Source: Eledone cirrhosa (lineage: Eukaryota). From it: a DNA stretch of 64,000 nucleotides. Below are positions 1-10,907 of this stretch, one piece after another; within the stretch, counting starts at the first letter, position 1, and each line of letters starts with the position of its first letter. The translations under genes and the position numbers were made by a program. The stretch covers positions 170,252,001 through 170,316,000 of the forward strand of contig OZ024742.1 in NCBI GenBank assembly GCA_964016885.1, written 5' to 3'. Under the pieces are notes generated by a model. It did not search any database. It had not been told where the DNA came from and saw only the letters and a list, made by a program, of their open reading frames with translations.

Positions 1-446
1 TTAAATACTAAAGGGTTAAACTATAGAAGTTAATGCTCCCTCTAATATTTTACAATTACTTACTGGAATGTTTGATGTTTTGAGGAAAAATATTTTAGAT
101 TTAAAGTTATTGCATAGCAACATTTCTAATCTATTGAACAATATTTTAAAGCTATTGAGCAACAATATTTTGATGTGTGCAGCACCAATACAGTGACTGC
201 ATGACTACATATATGTGCAGCTTAGAGGGAATGATGGTGGAAATGCATTGGGTGGACTGTACCTGTAATTCAAAGATCTGACCTTGTCTCATTGATTCTG
301 CCTGAAGGTTACAAGGGTACATGAGTCTGTGGAATATTCAGCCATTTATATAAGATGGAAGTAGTTCAGTTGATTAAACAACCAGATACACATGGTTGAA
401 ACTGATGGAGATCCATTTACTTTACAGCTAAGTATTGGGTTTTGTG

Positions 447-975
447 AGGGGGTGTAGCCCAGTGGTTAGGGTGATTGGCTCTAGATAATATGGTCATGGT
501 TTTGATTCTTGGACTGGGTGGTGTGTTGTGTTCTTGAACAAGACGTTTGTTACTTTGCATGTTGCATTTCATTAAAATACCAAAGAAACCTCCGATCAGA
601 TACTTTGTAGGTGGACAGCTAAACTTGCACAGGTGTTAGCTGTAACAACATGATAGGGCTGGAGCCCCCCTCCCTGATATTAAAACATCCAAGAAACTTC
701 CTATGAGATACAACCAAGTAGAAAGCTAGCTAAACACCTATACAGGCGTGAGCTCTAAATTTCATGATAGGGCTGGGTCTCCTGTAATTAAAACACCCAA
801 GAAACTTCCTATGAGATACAACCTTATAGGAGGATAGCTAAATCTACATAGGTGGGAACAGTAACACAACATGATCGGACTGGGGCTCCTATCATTAAAA
901 CACCCAAGAAACCTCCTTTGAGATACAACCTTGTAGGAGGCCAGCCAAACTTACATAGGTGTGGACTGTGAATTT
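447..975 (+). mobile_element. tRNA-derived CORE-type SINE with a tandem ~110-bp tail (about 3.5 units, 571-975)
   Basis: Decayed A-box/B-box head (tagcccagtggttagg...ggttttgattc), CORE-like tgtgttcttgaacaagac, then repeated attaaaacacccaagaaacctcctatgagatacaacc...agctaaac...gtgagct units. Confidence 0.7.
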
Positions 976-1402
976 CATTCAAAATATTATTTCAGTACTG
1001 GTTTGCTAGTTAGTATGCATTTAGATCAATAGATAAATGTATAATTCTAATATCAAATCTAATTAATATTATTGCTTAATACATAGGGATTAATGTTATT
1101 TATTAGTTAAGAGAAGTAAACGTGATTTTTCAACAATGATAAAGATTAAGAGAGTAAATTTTTCTCCGAATATTTCTGGAATGCAGTCATTTGTTTCATT
1201 TTTTGGTGTTAAAAAACTCTGTTCATAAAAATATAGCAAATATTGGCAGAAAAATGTTATTTGATTTATGAGAACATTGAACTGTAGTTGTTTTAAGTGT
1301 ATTTAGGGTGTTAGTCTCTTTAGAAACTATTGATAATGTTTTACATCCCATTCCTAACCAGTTAGAAATTCGTTCATGAATAATTTGGTAAGATTTTAAT
1401 AT

Positions 1403-1915
1403 GAAGATGTATGGCCTAGTGGTTATGGTATTGGACTCATGATCATAAAGTGGGTTTGATTCTTGAACTGAGCAATGCATTGTGGTCTGAAGCAAGACAC
1501 GTTTCATGCTGCTTTTAATGATAGGACTGGAGTCCATATCATTGAAATGTATAAGAAATCTATGAGATGCAACCTCTGTAGGAGGCCAGCTAAACCTGCA
1601 TAGGGGTTAGCCGTGACAACATAAGACTGGGATCTCTATCATTAAAACACATGAAATACCTATGAGAAACAACCTTTGTAGGTTAACTAAACTTACATAG
1701 ATGTGAGCTACAACATAATAGGGCAGAGGTCCTATCATTAAAACATCCCAGAAAGCTTCTATGAGATGCAACTTCTGTAGGTCAGTTAAACTTATATAGA
1801 TGTGACCTACAACATCATGATAGGACAGAGGTCCCTATCATTAAAACACATGAGAAACCTGAGATACAACTTCTGTAGATCAGCTAAAGTTACATAGATG
1901 TGAGCTACAACATGC
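1403..1915 (+). mobile_element. Same SINE family with a tandem ~105-bp tail (about 4 units)
   Basis: Head tggcctagtggttatggtattggactcatgatc...ggtttgattc, CORE-like agcaagacac, then four attaaaaca...gagatgcaac...agctaaac units at 1520-1915. Confidence 0.7.
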
Positions 1916-2079
1916 AAAACATTTCTGATAGTTTTTTTTCTTTCTTCTTTTCTAGATCTGAAACAACCTAGTAGTTTCATATTTAGAGTTATGACTAATC
2001 AGCTATGATAGTCTATTCTCTGTTCATTCTATTTTTACTTTCATAATAATAGTAATAGTAATAATAATAATAATAATTT

Positions 2080-2915
2080 TTAATTTAGGCATGAGGCCAG
2101 CAATTTGTGGGGAGGGGAAAATACTTTACTGGTGCTTTTTTTTTTATTGACCCTAGATGGATGAAAAGCAAAATTGACCATGGGGCAGGATGGGATTGAA
2201 TGTAGATTGTAAAAGGCCATAACTATATGCTGCAAAGCTGTTGTCCAATGCTCTACTGATACTGCCAATCCACTGCCATAATAATAATAATATTTGTTTC
2301 TACATTTGGTACAAGGCCAGCAATTTGAAGGAAAGGGAAACTTATTAAATCAATCCCTGTGCGTCAGAGGTACTTTATTTTATCAATCCCTGTAAGGATG
2401 TAAGGCAAAGCTAACCTTGGTGAGATTTGAACTCGGGACATAAAGAGCTGTAACTATGTTGCAAACCATGTTGTCTGATGCTCTCCTGATACTGACAATC
2501 CACTGCCCTAATGTTTCTACTTTTGGCACAAGGCCAGCAATTAACCCAGTGCATTACTGGTACTTTATTTTATCGACCTCGTAAGGATGAGAAACAAAGT
2601 TAACCTCGGCAGATTTGAACTCAGAACGTAAAGGGCCATAACCCTATGCTGCAAAGCATGGTGTCTGACGCTTTACCGATACTGCCAAACAATAATGATA
2701 ATAATGGTTTATGATTTAGGCACAAGGCCAGCAATTTGATGGAGGGGAAAGTTGATTAAATCAACCCCCTGTGCATTGTAGGTACTTCATTTTATCAACC
2801 CCGTAAGGATGAAAAGAAAACCTCAGTGGGATTTGAACGCAGAACGTAAAGGGCCGTAACTCTATGCCGCTAAGCATGCTGTCCAATACTCTACCAATTC
2901 TGCCAATCCACCTTC
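2080..2915 (-). mobile_element. Four head-to-tail Deu/Nin-domain tRNA-SINE copies, mostly separated by (AAT)n
   Basis: Each copy shows aaggccagcaattt...ggtactttattttatcgacc..gtaaggatgaaaggcaaag...tttgaactc...tactgccaatcc, the reverse complement of the gcctttcatcc..gggtcgataaa..gtacc Deu/Nin core. Copies at about 2080-2278, 2295-2508, 2512-2690 and 2706-2915. Confidence 0.8.
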
Positions 2916-3430
2916 CTAATAATAATGATATAGCCATCCAGGTGTGTTGTAGGCCCTCAGTAATTTGATCCATTTATTTTGAATCTCCTTGTAGCTGTTC
3001 CCAACTTCATTAACATCACCTTAGTCATGTTTTCTAATGAACCTAACTAATCAGCTGTTTGTTTTCTTTGCAGTTCATTTCCGGGGTAACTACAAACAGT
3101 TTTATTTATATCATGTTTACATGTTTTTCTTTTTTTTGTTTAATCCATGAAAGTTACTAATTTTAGTTTTGTGACTAATGTTTTATAAAATAATAATAAT
3201 AATAATAATAAAATAAATAATTATCCAACACTGTCATAAAGTTAACAAAGCAAAGCTGACTAAAATTATTTTTGTAAAGCTCAAGTTTATTGTCCTTCTC
3301 TATCTTGTGACAAAAATATTGTTTATCGTTTTTTGTTTCGTCCAACTTAATAATATCAGCACATGTAAACCGAGGAAATCTTGGAAAAATATCCCATCTA
3401 AATGTAATAAAAATGTTCAAATGGAGCATT

Positions 3431-3432
3431 TA

Positions 3433-3475
<43 letters not shown>

Positions 3476-3490
3476 TATTATTATTATTAC
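3431..3490. repeat. (ATT)n microsatellite
   Basis: Direct trinucleotide run. Confidence 0.95.
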
Positions 3491-4157
3491 CATCATTATC
3501 GTCAAAAACAGACCTTGTAGGGTTTTTTTCTTCAAAATTTAACCAATTGATCCCATTGAAAGTTTTTACTTACAAAGTTACATTGTTTTGATCAATTTCC
3601 TAAAAATTCATGAGTCTGGTAGAGTCTATTCTTGAACAATATATGCAGACACACATACACTTATCTGTTTATTTATTTATCATCACTTCACACTGTTTTT
3701 TAGAAAATTATTTCCTATCTAAAATTCCGAGAGCAAAATTGTATTGATTAAAAAATTAAATTCATTGATCAGTTTTTCAAATGTTTACACATTTATAAAC
3801 TGTTCATTTGTATTATTTTTTTCATTTTATAACAATTTATTTCAATATCTAAACAATTATATTTCTATGCTTAGTTAACTTCTAATAAATAAGACAGTTA
3901 AACATTTTTTTCTAGTGTTTTAAGGCAATGTTTTTTCTTCTCACTCTTTTATTATTTTTTTTTTTTCAAGTTATATTCATGCATGAATGTTTTAAAATGG
4001 TATTTGATTTACCACACTGGAGATTTGAACAATATCTTGTGTATTTTGTGTGTTATGTGTGTATTGCTTTTGATGGATGTGCAGTGTCTGTGTGGATTAG
4101 GAATAATGATACCACCACTCTTATATAAGTTCAAGCACACTAACAGTTATTTTTTTT

Positions 4158-4532
4158 TAACTTATAACGTCCTGAACCACATGAAACCATATTAGCAAGG
4201 CACTCTTTAACAGTACAAAACAGTGCTACAACTGCATCACATTAAAAATTAAAGTCTTTACTTTAGTTTACTGCAATTTTTCACAATCTGTTCACTTGTA
4301 AAGATACTATAAACATTTAAATTAACAAACCAGATGAAACCACATTAACAAGGTATCTTTGAAAAGTATTAAACTGACTATATCACATAAAAAATTAGTC
4401 TTTTTTTTAGTTTACTGCAATCTATACAATAATAAAAATATCTATACAATAATAAAAATACTATAACCATCTGAATTAACAAAAACGTTTTAGATATTTT
4501 CTGCTAAAATCTTTGAGGATATTAAGAGTTAA
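4158..4532 (+). mobile_element. TTAA-bounded non-autonomous DNA element (family P3); related copies near 11230-11420, 15336-15445, 30345-30545, 32278-32500 and 63154-63828
   Basis: Ends ttaacttataacgtcctg and gaggatattaagagttaa are imperfect inverted repeats. The internal block accacatgaaacca(c)attagcaagg...aaaagtacaaaacag recurs across the window. Confidence 0.5.
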
Positions 4533-4954
4533 TTGGTCTGGTAACTATATCCTATTTATTACTGCATCTAATCTTGCTTTAGTTGGCTGAAGAATTTCTT
4601 TCAAATTAATTTTGTTATTGGATGGTTTTCCTCCAAAATCTTGTCAGTCCTGCAAGCATCAATTATTTTTTCTCTCTGAAGCAGCAATCTATACAGGCAG
4701 GGGAGAAGAAATATGTGAGTATCGTGGGAGTGTGAATGAGTGTGTGTGTGTGTGGGGGGGGATCTCATTTTACCTGAAATTCTGAATAATTTCAGCTGTA
4801 ATGGATAGCACCCAGCACTTGTAGTAATGATTTTCATTTATTTATTGTTCTTGATAAAAATGGAGGAATTAATAATGTTTTAAAGGTGTATGATAAACTA
4901 ACTCATAGAGAGTTATCTCATACATTCACTTTAAGATATAGCTTCATTTCAGGA

Positions 4955-5133
4955 TAGTGGTTGTGGGTTTGATTCATACAGTGGGTAGTGTATTGTTCTT
5001 GAGCAAAATGCTTCATTCCATGTTGCTTTTCGTGCTAGAACTGGGTCCCTTATCATTAAAATACCCAAGAAACCTGAGATGCAACTTCATAGGATGTCAG
5101 TTAAACTCACATAGATGTAAGCTGTAACAACAT
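4955..5133 (+). mobile_element. Truncated SINE with one unit of the ~110-bp tail
   Basis: ggtttgattc...gttcttgagcaaaa followed by ctgggtcccttatcattaaaatacccaagaaacctgagatgcaac. Confidence 0.6.
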
Positions 5134-5623
5134 GCACACAGACGACACACATACACACACCACACACACACACACATATACACACACCACACACACATAC
5201 ACCACACACACATACACCACACACTCATACACACCACACACACACACATACCACACACACCACACACACCACACACACCACACACACACACCACACACAC
5301 CACACACACACACCACACACACACCACACACACACCTACCACATACAACACCACATACACCACACACACATACACTACACACTATCACACACACATACCA
5401 CACACACACATACCACACATACCACACACACACACACATACCACACACATACTATACACACACCACATACAACACATACAACACTACATACAACACTACA
5501 TACCACACCACATACCACACACCACATACAACACACACACCACATACACCACACACACCACACACATACACACACCACACACACATACACCACACACTAT
5601 CACACACACATACCACACACATA

Positions 5624-5657
<34 letters not shown>

Positions 5658-5863
5658 CACGCACACACACACACACACATACCACACACACACACATACC
5701 ACACACATACCACACACACACCACATACACTACATACCACATACCACATACCACACACCACATACCACATACACACACACACCACATACACATACACACA
5801 CACACCACATATACACACACCACATACACACACACACACCACACACACACCACACACACACAC

Positions 5864-5894
<31 letters not shown>

Positions 5895-5899
5895 CACAT
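5133..5899. repeat. Compound CA-rich low-complexity array (CA/CACCA/CATA)
   Basis: About 770 bp almost devoid of G on the plus strand; explains the His/Thr and Cys/Val ORFs. Confidence 0.95.
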
Positions 5900-7099
5900 A
5901 ATGATTGGACTCAGGCCCCCAACCATTAAAGCCTGCATAGGTGTGAAATGTTTCTCTATATTCAAAAAAGTATTAATGTGGAATGTCACATTACAGCCTC
6001 TATATTTAGTGAAAGTTTCTTTTAAAAATAATTCCTTGTTCGTTCCCCTCTTGGAGTTTAACCAGTTATTACTGTTATTATTCCAATATGTTCTTTCAAG
6101 CAAATCTTATTCACAGTCTCGTTTAATTAACCAACCATCAAGTTCAGCTCATCTAACCTTGAAATTATGTTGTCCAAATTCTTGAATTCTGTTCTAACCA
6201 AAGTCTCCATATCATTCTGACTGTTCAACAATGTAGTCTTTTATCAATTAGAGTAGTTTAACCCTTTTGATACCAAACTTCATGAAACAACTCCACACAA
6301 AACTATTTGTTATAAAGTGTTTATATATATATTTAAAAGACTCTCTTCATAATTTTATGTAAGAACATTTATGTTCCAAGAATCAGTTTTATAAGAAACT
6401 GAGTTGTATTACTAAATCCTTTCCAATTATTAATTATTTTCAAAATTATTTAAAAAAAAATATAGGCAGTGTCTTTCATTAGAAATATAACTGTGTCAAC
6501 AGTAACATTCATCCTGTAATTTACATAAAGAAAATATTTTTGTTGTTTTAAAATGTCTAAATTTATCTAAGAAGCTTTGTTTTAAACACCAACTTAACAA
6601 TGAAAATGTTACCTATTTTACTAAATCCCTCCAAATTCTTTCTTTTTTTTTTTTTAAATTATTTAAAAATCTTAGCTTAATAAAGAGAAATTTAGTCAAA
6701 AGGTGGGAAGAATTTAGTAATATAACTACTTTCAAAATTATTTGAAAACATAGGCAGTGTTTTTCATTAGAAATATAGGAATAACAAGAATTAGGTGTGT
6801 GTGTGAGAGAGAGAGTTGTGTGTGTGTGCATATATGTATGTATGAATATATCTGCGTGTGTATAATAATATAATAATGAAATTATTGTGTAACGTGCTCA
6901 GGTGCACTACAACTCGTCAAAGGTGCATGTATAGTACATAGAATAATATACAAATGTCAGGGAAGTGAATAGTGTATGAGTCATGATATGTGTGTATGGA
7001 GGGGGAACATTAGGTGTAGTGTTGGCAAATCTCGGGAAGCATGGAGGCCTTAAAGGATGCAGTGTCTCGACAGCTAATAACTGATGCAGGTAGTTTGTT

Positions 7100-7924
7100 T
7101 CATGCTTCAGCAACTGTGAGCGTGAAAAAATATTTCCGAAAGTCATGGGAACTATGCTGTTTTCCGACTTTGTGGGCATGCCCACGTGTGTTAGACACAT
7201 GGAAATCAAAAAGGTACTTAGGGTTGTTGTTGGCAAGATGGTTAACAATTTTGTGGGTGTTTACCAAGTCAGTTGCCAGACGTCGGAGCTTCAATGTATC
7301 CATGCCCAGGGAAGCAAGGCGTTCAGAGTATGGTAGATGCCTGATGGAGGGTATTCGCTTGGTTGCACATCTCTGAACAGTTTCCAGGCGGTCAATGTTC
7401 TGAGCAAGATAGGGGTTCCAGACTGGTGATGCAAATTCTAAGTGTGGCCGCACCATAGCCATGTACAGCCTTAAATAGATAGCTGGAGAGCGGCTGACAA
7501 AAGTCTTGCTGAGTGATGCTAAGACACCCTCGGCCCTCTTGACAATTTTAGAAACGTGCTTCGTCCAACGCAAATCGCTGCTGACCGTAATGCCCAGGTC
7601 ACGTTCACAAGAAGACTTCTTGATATTAGTGCTGTGGAGGGAGTATGTGGATGCTGGGTTTTTACTCCCAAAATGCATGGTGGTGCACTTGTTCACAGCT
7701 AGCTTGAGTTGCCAGTCTGAGATCCATTGTTGCATTGTGTCCAGGTCAGACTGCAAGCAAGATCTATAGTGTTCAGGATCTGTCCTTTTTATCTGAAGGT
7801 ACAGCTTGTTGTCATCTGCATACTTTAGTACTGTGGCATTCTTTAAGTTGGCATCTATGTCATTAATATATGCCACAAACAAAAGGGGGCCAAGAACAGA
7901 TCCCTGTGGTACACCAGATAACAT
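7100..7924 (-). pseudogene. CR1-type reverse transcriptase fragment (longest open segment)
   Basis: GVPQGSVLGPLLF, YADD, DLGI and RPHLEF motifs; the upstream frame is broken. Confidence 0.9.
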
Positions 7925-8234
7925 CTCATGGTGAGGAATGCTGTCCCAGAACCGTGACTACCTCTCTTCGACTGAGAATGAAGGACTTCAACCAGTTAAA
8001 AAGATCATCCTTCACACCCATTGCAGAGAGTTTTGCCATAAGCCTTTTGTGTGGCACAGAATTGAAAGCTTTCGCAAAGTCAAGGTAAACAACATCCACC
8101 CATGAGCCGCCATCAGTGATCCAGGTGATGTCTTCAAGAAACTCGATAAGTTGATCACAGCAGCTGGAGTTGAGGATAAATCCAAATTGCGAGGGCCGGA
8201 TAAGACTGTGAGAGTTCCAGAAGTTCCAAAGTGT

Positions 8235-8753
8235 TTATCTGACACAGGATTCCATCAGTTTGGCAATGCAACTAGTAAGACTGACTGGACGATAGTTCAT
8301 AGGTGATGGGCAGTCACCCTTTTTGAACAGAGGAATGACACTGGCAGTTTTCCACTGTTCTGGAGTAGCACCGTTGTTCAGACAGAATTGGAAGAAGCGT
8401 GATAGCTGGTGCAGAAGGAAGTACCCACCACGTTTAAGAAGCAGGTTGCGTTTATTTTTTAGGTGACGTCGCAGCATTGCAGGTGTAAATTCCATAGTTG
8501 TAATAGAATCTGGTGTCATAGGTGGTGGAGACGGTACACTCTGGTCTTCAATAGTGAAAATGCCTGCATAGCATTCAGCAATGAGCTCTGTGCATTCCTT
8601 GGGGTCGTCAATAACCTGGCTTGTGTGGGGTTTGTGAAGAAGACCAACTGGAGAGTGAGGCCTCTGCTTTGAGTGAGCATACTTCCAGAACACCTTACTG
8701 TCAGGGCTGGTTGCTATGCGCTGCTCAAATTGAAGCACTGCCTTTTTTGTCAC
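8235..8753 (-). pseudogene. CR1-type ORF2 fragment (linker plus start of RT)
   Basis: KVFWKY, WKTASVIPLFKKGD, NYRPVSLTSCIAKLMES. Confidence 0.85.
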
Positions 8754-8792
8754 CTATTTGAGGTGGTTGGACGATCTATTTCGCCTCTTCCT

Positions 8793-9055
8793 ATTAATGT
8801 CTGATTTCTCAACATTCTCTACCAGATATTTTGTTTTAGTCTCATTCATTCTCAGCCCCACACTCATTGACACAGTCTCAACCTCCTGCATCAAATCCTC
8901 TGCCTCCTTCACTGTATTTGTCACCAAAACTATGTCGTCGGCAAATTCAGCATCTGATATCTTTTTCGCCTTAACTCTCCTGCTCTGAGCCGGTGCTACA
9001 GTAAAGCCAGAGTCCTGGTGTTTCTCCAGTGCAAGGCGCATACAATAGTCCACTA
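8793..9055 (-). mobile_element. RTE-clade LINE, inverted 5' segment (RT catalytic FADD region)
   Basis: LVDYCMR...SDAEFADDIVL...VGLRMNETKTKY on the minus strand. Confidence 0.85.
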
Positions 9056-9646
9056 ATGTAGGCGGGAAGCTGCTTGAATTGGTTGAGGACTTCCTGTATT
9101 TGGGAGCAAAGATTGGGAATACGGAAGATGATGTGGTTGAGAGGAAGAGCAAAGCCTGGAACGGTGTGCCACAGCTTGAGATTGGTGTGGAAGTCGGAAA
9201 ATCCGGCTCTTCATTGCTGTAGTGGAGTCTGTGCTGCTGTACGGGTCTGAGACTTGGACACTGACCAAGAAACTCACTCCGATGGCGGATGGGTGCTACA
9301 CGAGAATGCTGAGGATGGCTCTGAACATTAATCAGTATACACTGAGGATGAAAAACTCAGAGCTGTATGGGAGCCTCCCAAAAGTCAGCTCAAAAGTGAC
9401 ACAGAGGAGACTGAGGTTAGCTGGACATGCTCACCGACATCCAAAGTTGACATTGCACTCAGTGCTCCTGTGGGAGCCCCTACATGGACACACTGGAAGA
9501 GGAAGACCAAGGTTAACGTATGTTGATGCCCTAAGGACAGATACTGGTCTGTTGGAGACGCAGGACATGATGGCAGCGATAATGAGGGACAGAGACCGCT
9601 GGAGAGAACTCGTCCATGGATCTCGGGGAATTTTACCCGCCCGAGA

Positions 9647-9648
<2 letters not shown>
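9054..9648 (+). mobile_element. RTE-clade LINE, 3' segment
   Basis: LELVEDFLYLG, ESVLLYGSETWTLTK, RMLRMAL, RLRLAGH, GRPRLTY, DRDRWR are typical RTE C-terminal motifs; ends at (AT)n at 9649-9680. Confidence 0.9.
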
Positions 9649-9683
<35 letters not shown>

Positions 9684-9889
9684 TTAGTATTTTGGCTCTT
9701 CAGGGAACTAATTTGTCATTTCTCTGTAAAACAAAAAGTAAAGGTAGAATACTTAAATGTTGATAATTCAGGTGTGGAAATTGGTTTGATTATAGCAATT
9801 TGTATTTTCTTTGTTCAAAACCATTTATTTGTTTATTTGATTCAAACTATATCTAGGCTGTAAATTACTATATTTATGATAGCATATCT

Positions 9890-10330
9890 ATATGGATGAA
9901 TGGTTAAGAAGTTTGCTTTGTAATAATTAGGTCTTGAGTTTGATCCCATTGTGTGGCATCTTGAATGTATGCCTTTTACCATAGCCTTGGATCAACCAAA
10001 CTTTGTGAGTGAATTTGTGTAGGCAGACATTTTTTGGATGCTTGCTGGATGGACTGTATCTGTAATTCAAAGGGCCAGCCAAGTCACACACTGTGGCACA
10101 CTGAATCTCCCTAAGAACTACAGCGATACACGTTTGTGGGATACTCAACTGCATCTATTACATTATTGTATAGACTCATGATGATGATAAATTGTATCTG
10201 TAATTCAAAGGACCAGCCTTGTTACACACTGTGTCATACTGAATTGCTCTAAGAATTACCTTAAAGTTACATGTCTGTGGAATGGTCAGCCATTTACATG
10301 TTAATTTCATGAATAGATTGTTCCATTCCT
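9890..10330 (+). mobile_element. Decayed tRNA-derived SINE with a duplicated 3' block
   Basis: atggatgaatggttaagaagtttgc...gagtttgatccc head; the block ctgtaattcaaagg.ccagcc..gtcacac...ctaagaattac occurs twice and also near 260-400, 28860-29000 and 31520-31680. Confidence 0.55.
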
Positions 10331-10499
10331 ATATTTCTGAGGGAAATTATTGCCATAGTAATTCAGGTTTTCACACCATCAACTGTTATTTTGTAGTTTA
10401 TTTGTTTGTGGAAATGGCCCTTACATATCAAGTAAATGTTGAGGTCAAGATAGAATGCACCCAGTACAAATCAAAGAGAAACAATATAATGTAGAGAGA

Positions 10500-10907
10500 C
10501 CTCTTCAGTCTGGCCAAATATATGACAAACTCTCCAGGGCTGGTGCCACAAAATAAACACACTACAGCCTGTAAAATGTTAGTGTTGGTGCCACGAAAAA
10601 AAAAAAAGAAATGCACTCATGCCATGAAAAAATGTACCCAGTACAAGCTGTAAAATGGTAGTACTGGTGCTATGATAAAATGCACACTATACTCTGTAAA
10701 GTGGTAGTGCTGGTGCCATATTAAAACATCCCCAGTACACTCTGTAAGATGGTTGATAACGGGAAAAGCATCCAGCCTTAGAAACGATGCCAAATATGGA
10801 ATGTATGAGCAAGATGAGGTTGCTGCAACCTGACTTAACCTGGACTTTGATGACCCATTCTACCCATACCAACATGGAAAGCACATATAAAATGATGGTA
10901 ATGATGA
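10500..10907 (+). mobile_element. SINE 3' region with internal ~42-bp repeats and a (GAT)n tail; related copies near 15960-16195, 20520-20766, 23985-24150, 37800-38108, 55900-56147, 26860-27200 (-) and 62280-62910 (-)
   Basis: Recurrent gtgccac..aaaa..cacccagtacactctgtaaagtgg...ggaagggcatccagc...ccatgc.agcatggaa...gatgatg. Confidence 0.7.

Larger units (their letters stand above)
6862..8792 (-). mobile_element. 5'-truncated, decayed CR1-clade LINE (RT domain, C-terminus, 3' UTR, (ATT)n tail)
   Basis: Motifs WKTASVIPLFKKGD, NYRPVSLTS, YLDFAKAF, SGVPQGSVLGPLLF, KYADD, ERDLGI, VRPHLEFASPVWNP, TRGH across ORFs 8235-8753 and 7100-7924, with frameshifts and stops. The 3' end has a gtgcacctgagcac stem-loop followed by an att repeat. 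Confidence 0.92.

Noticed and set aside
5097-6103. Long His/Thr-rich and Cys/Val-rich ORFs (also 12349-12813, 47914-48179, 49802-50233)
   Set aside because: They are translations of CA/TG/TA microsatellites open in several frames on both strands, with no sign of real coding.
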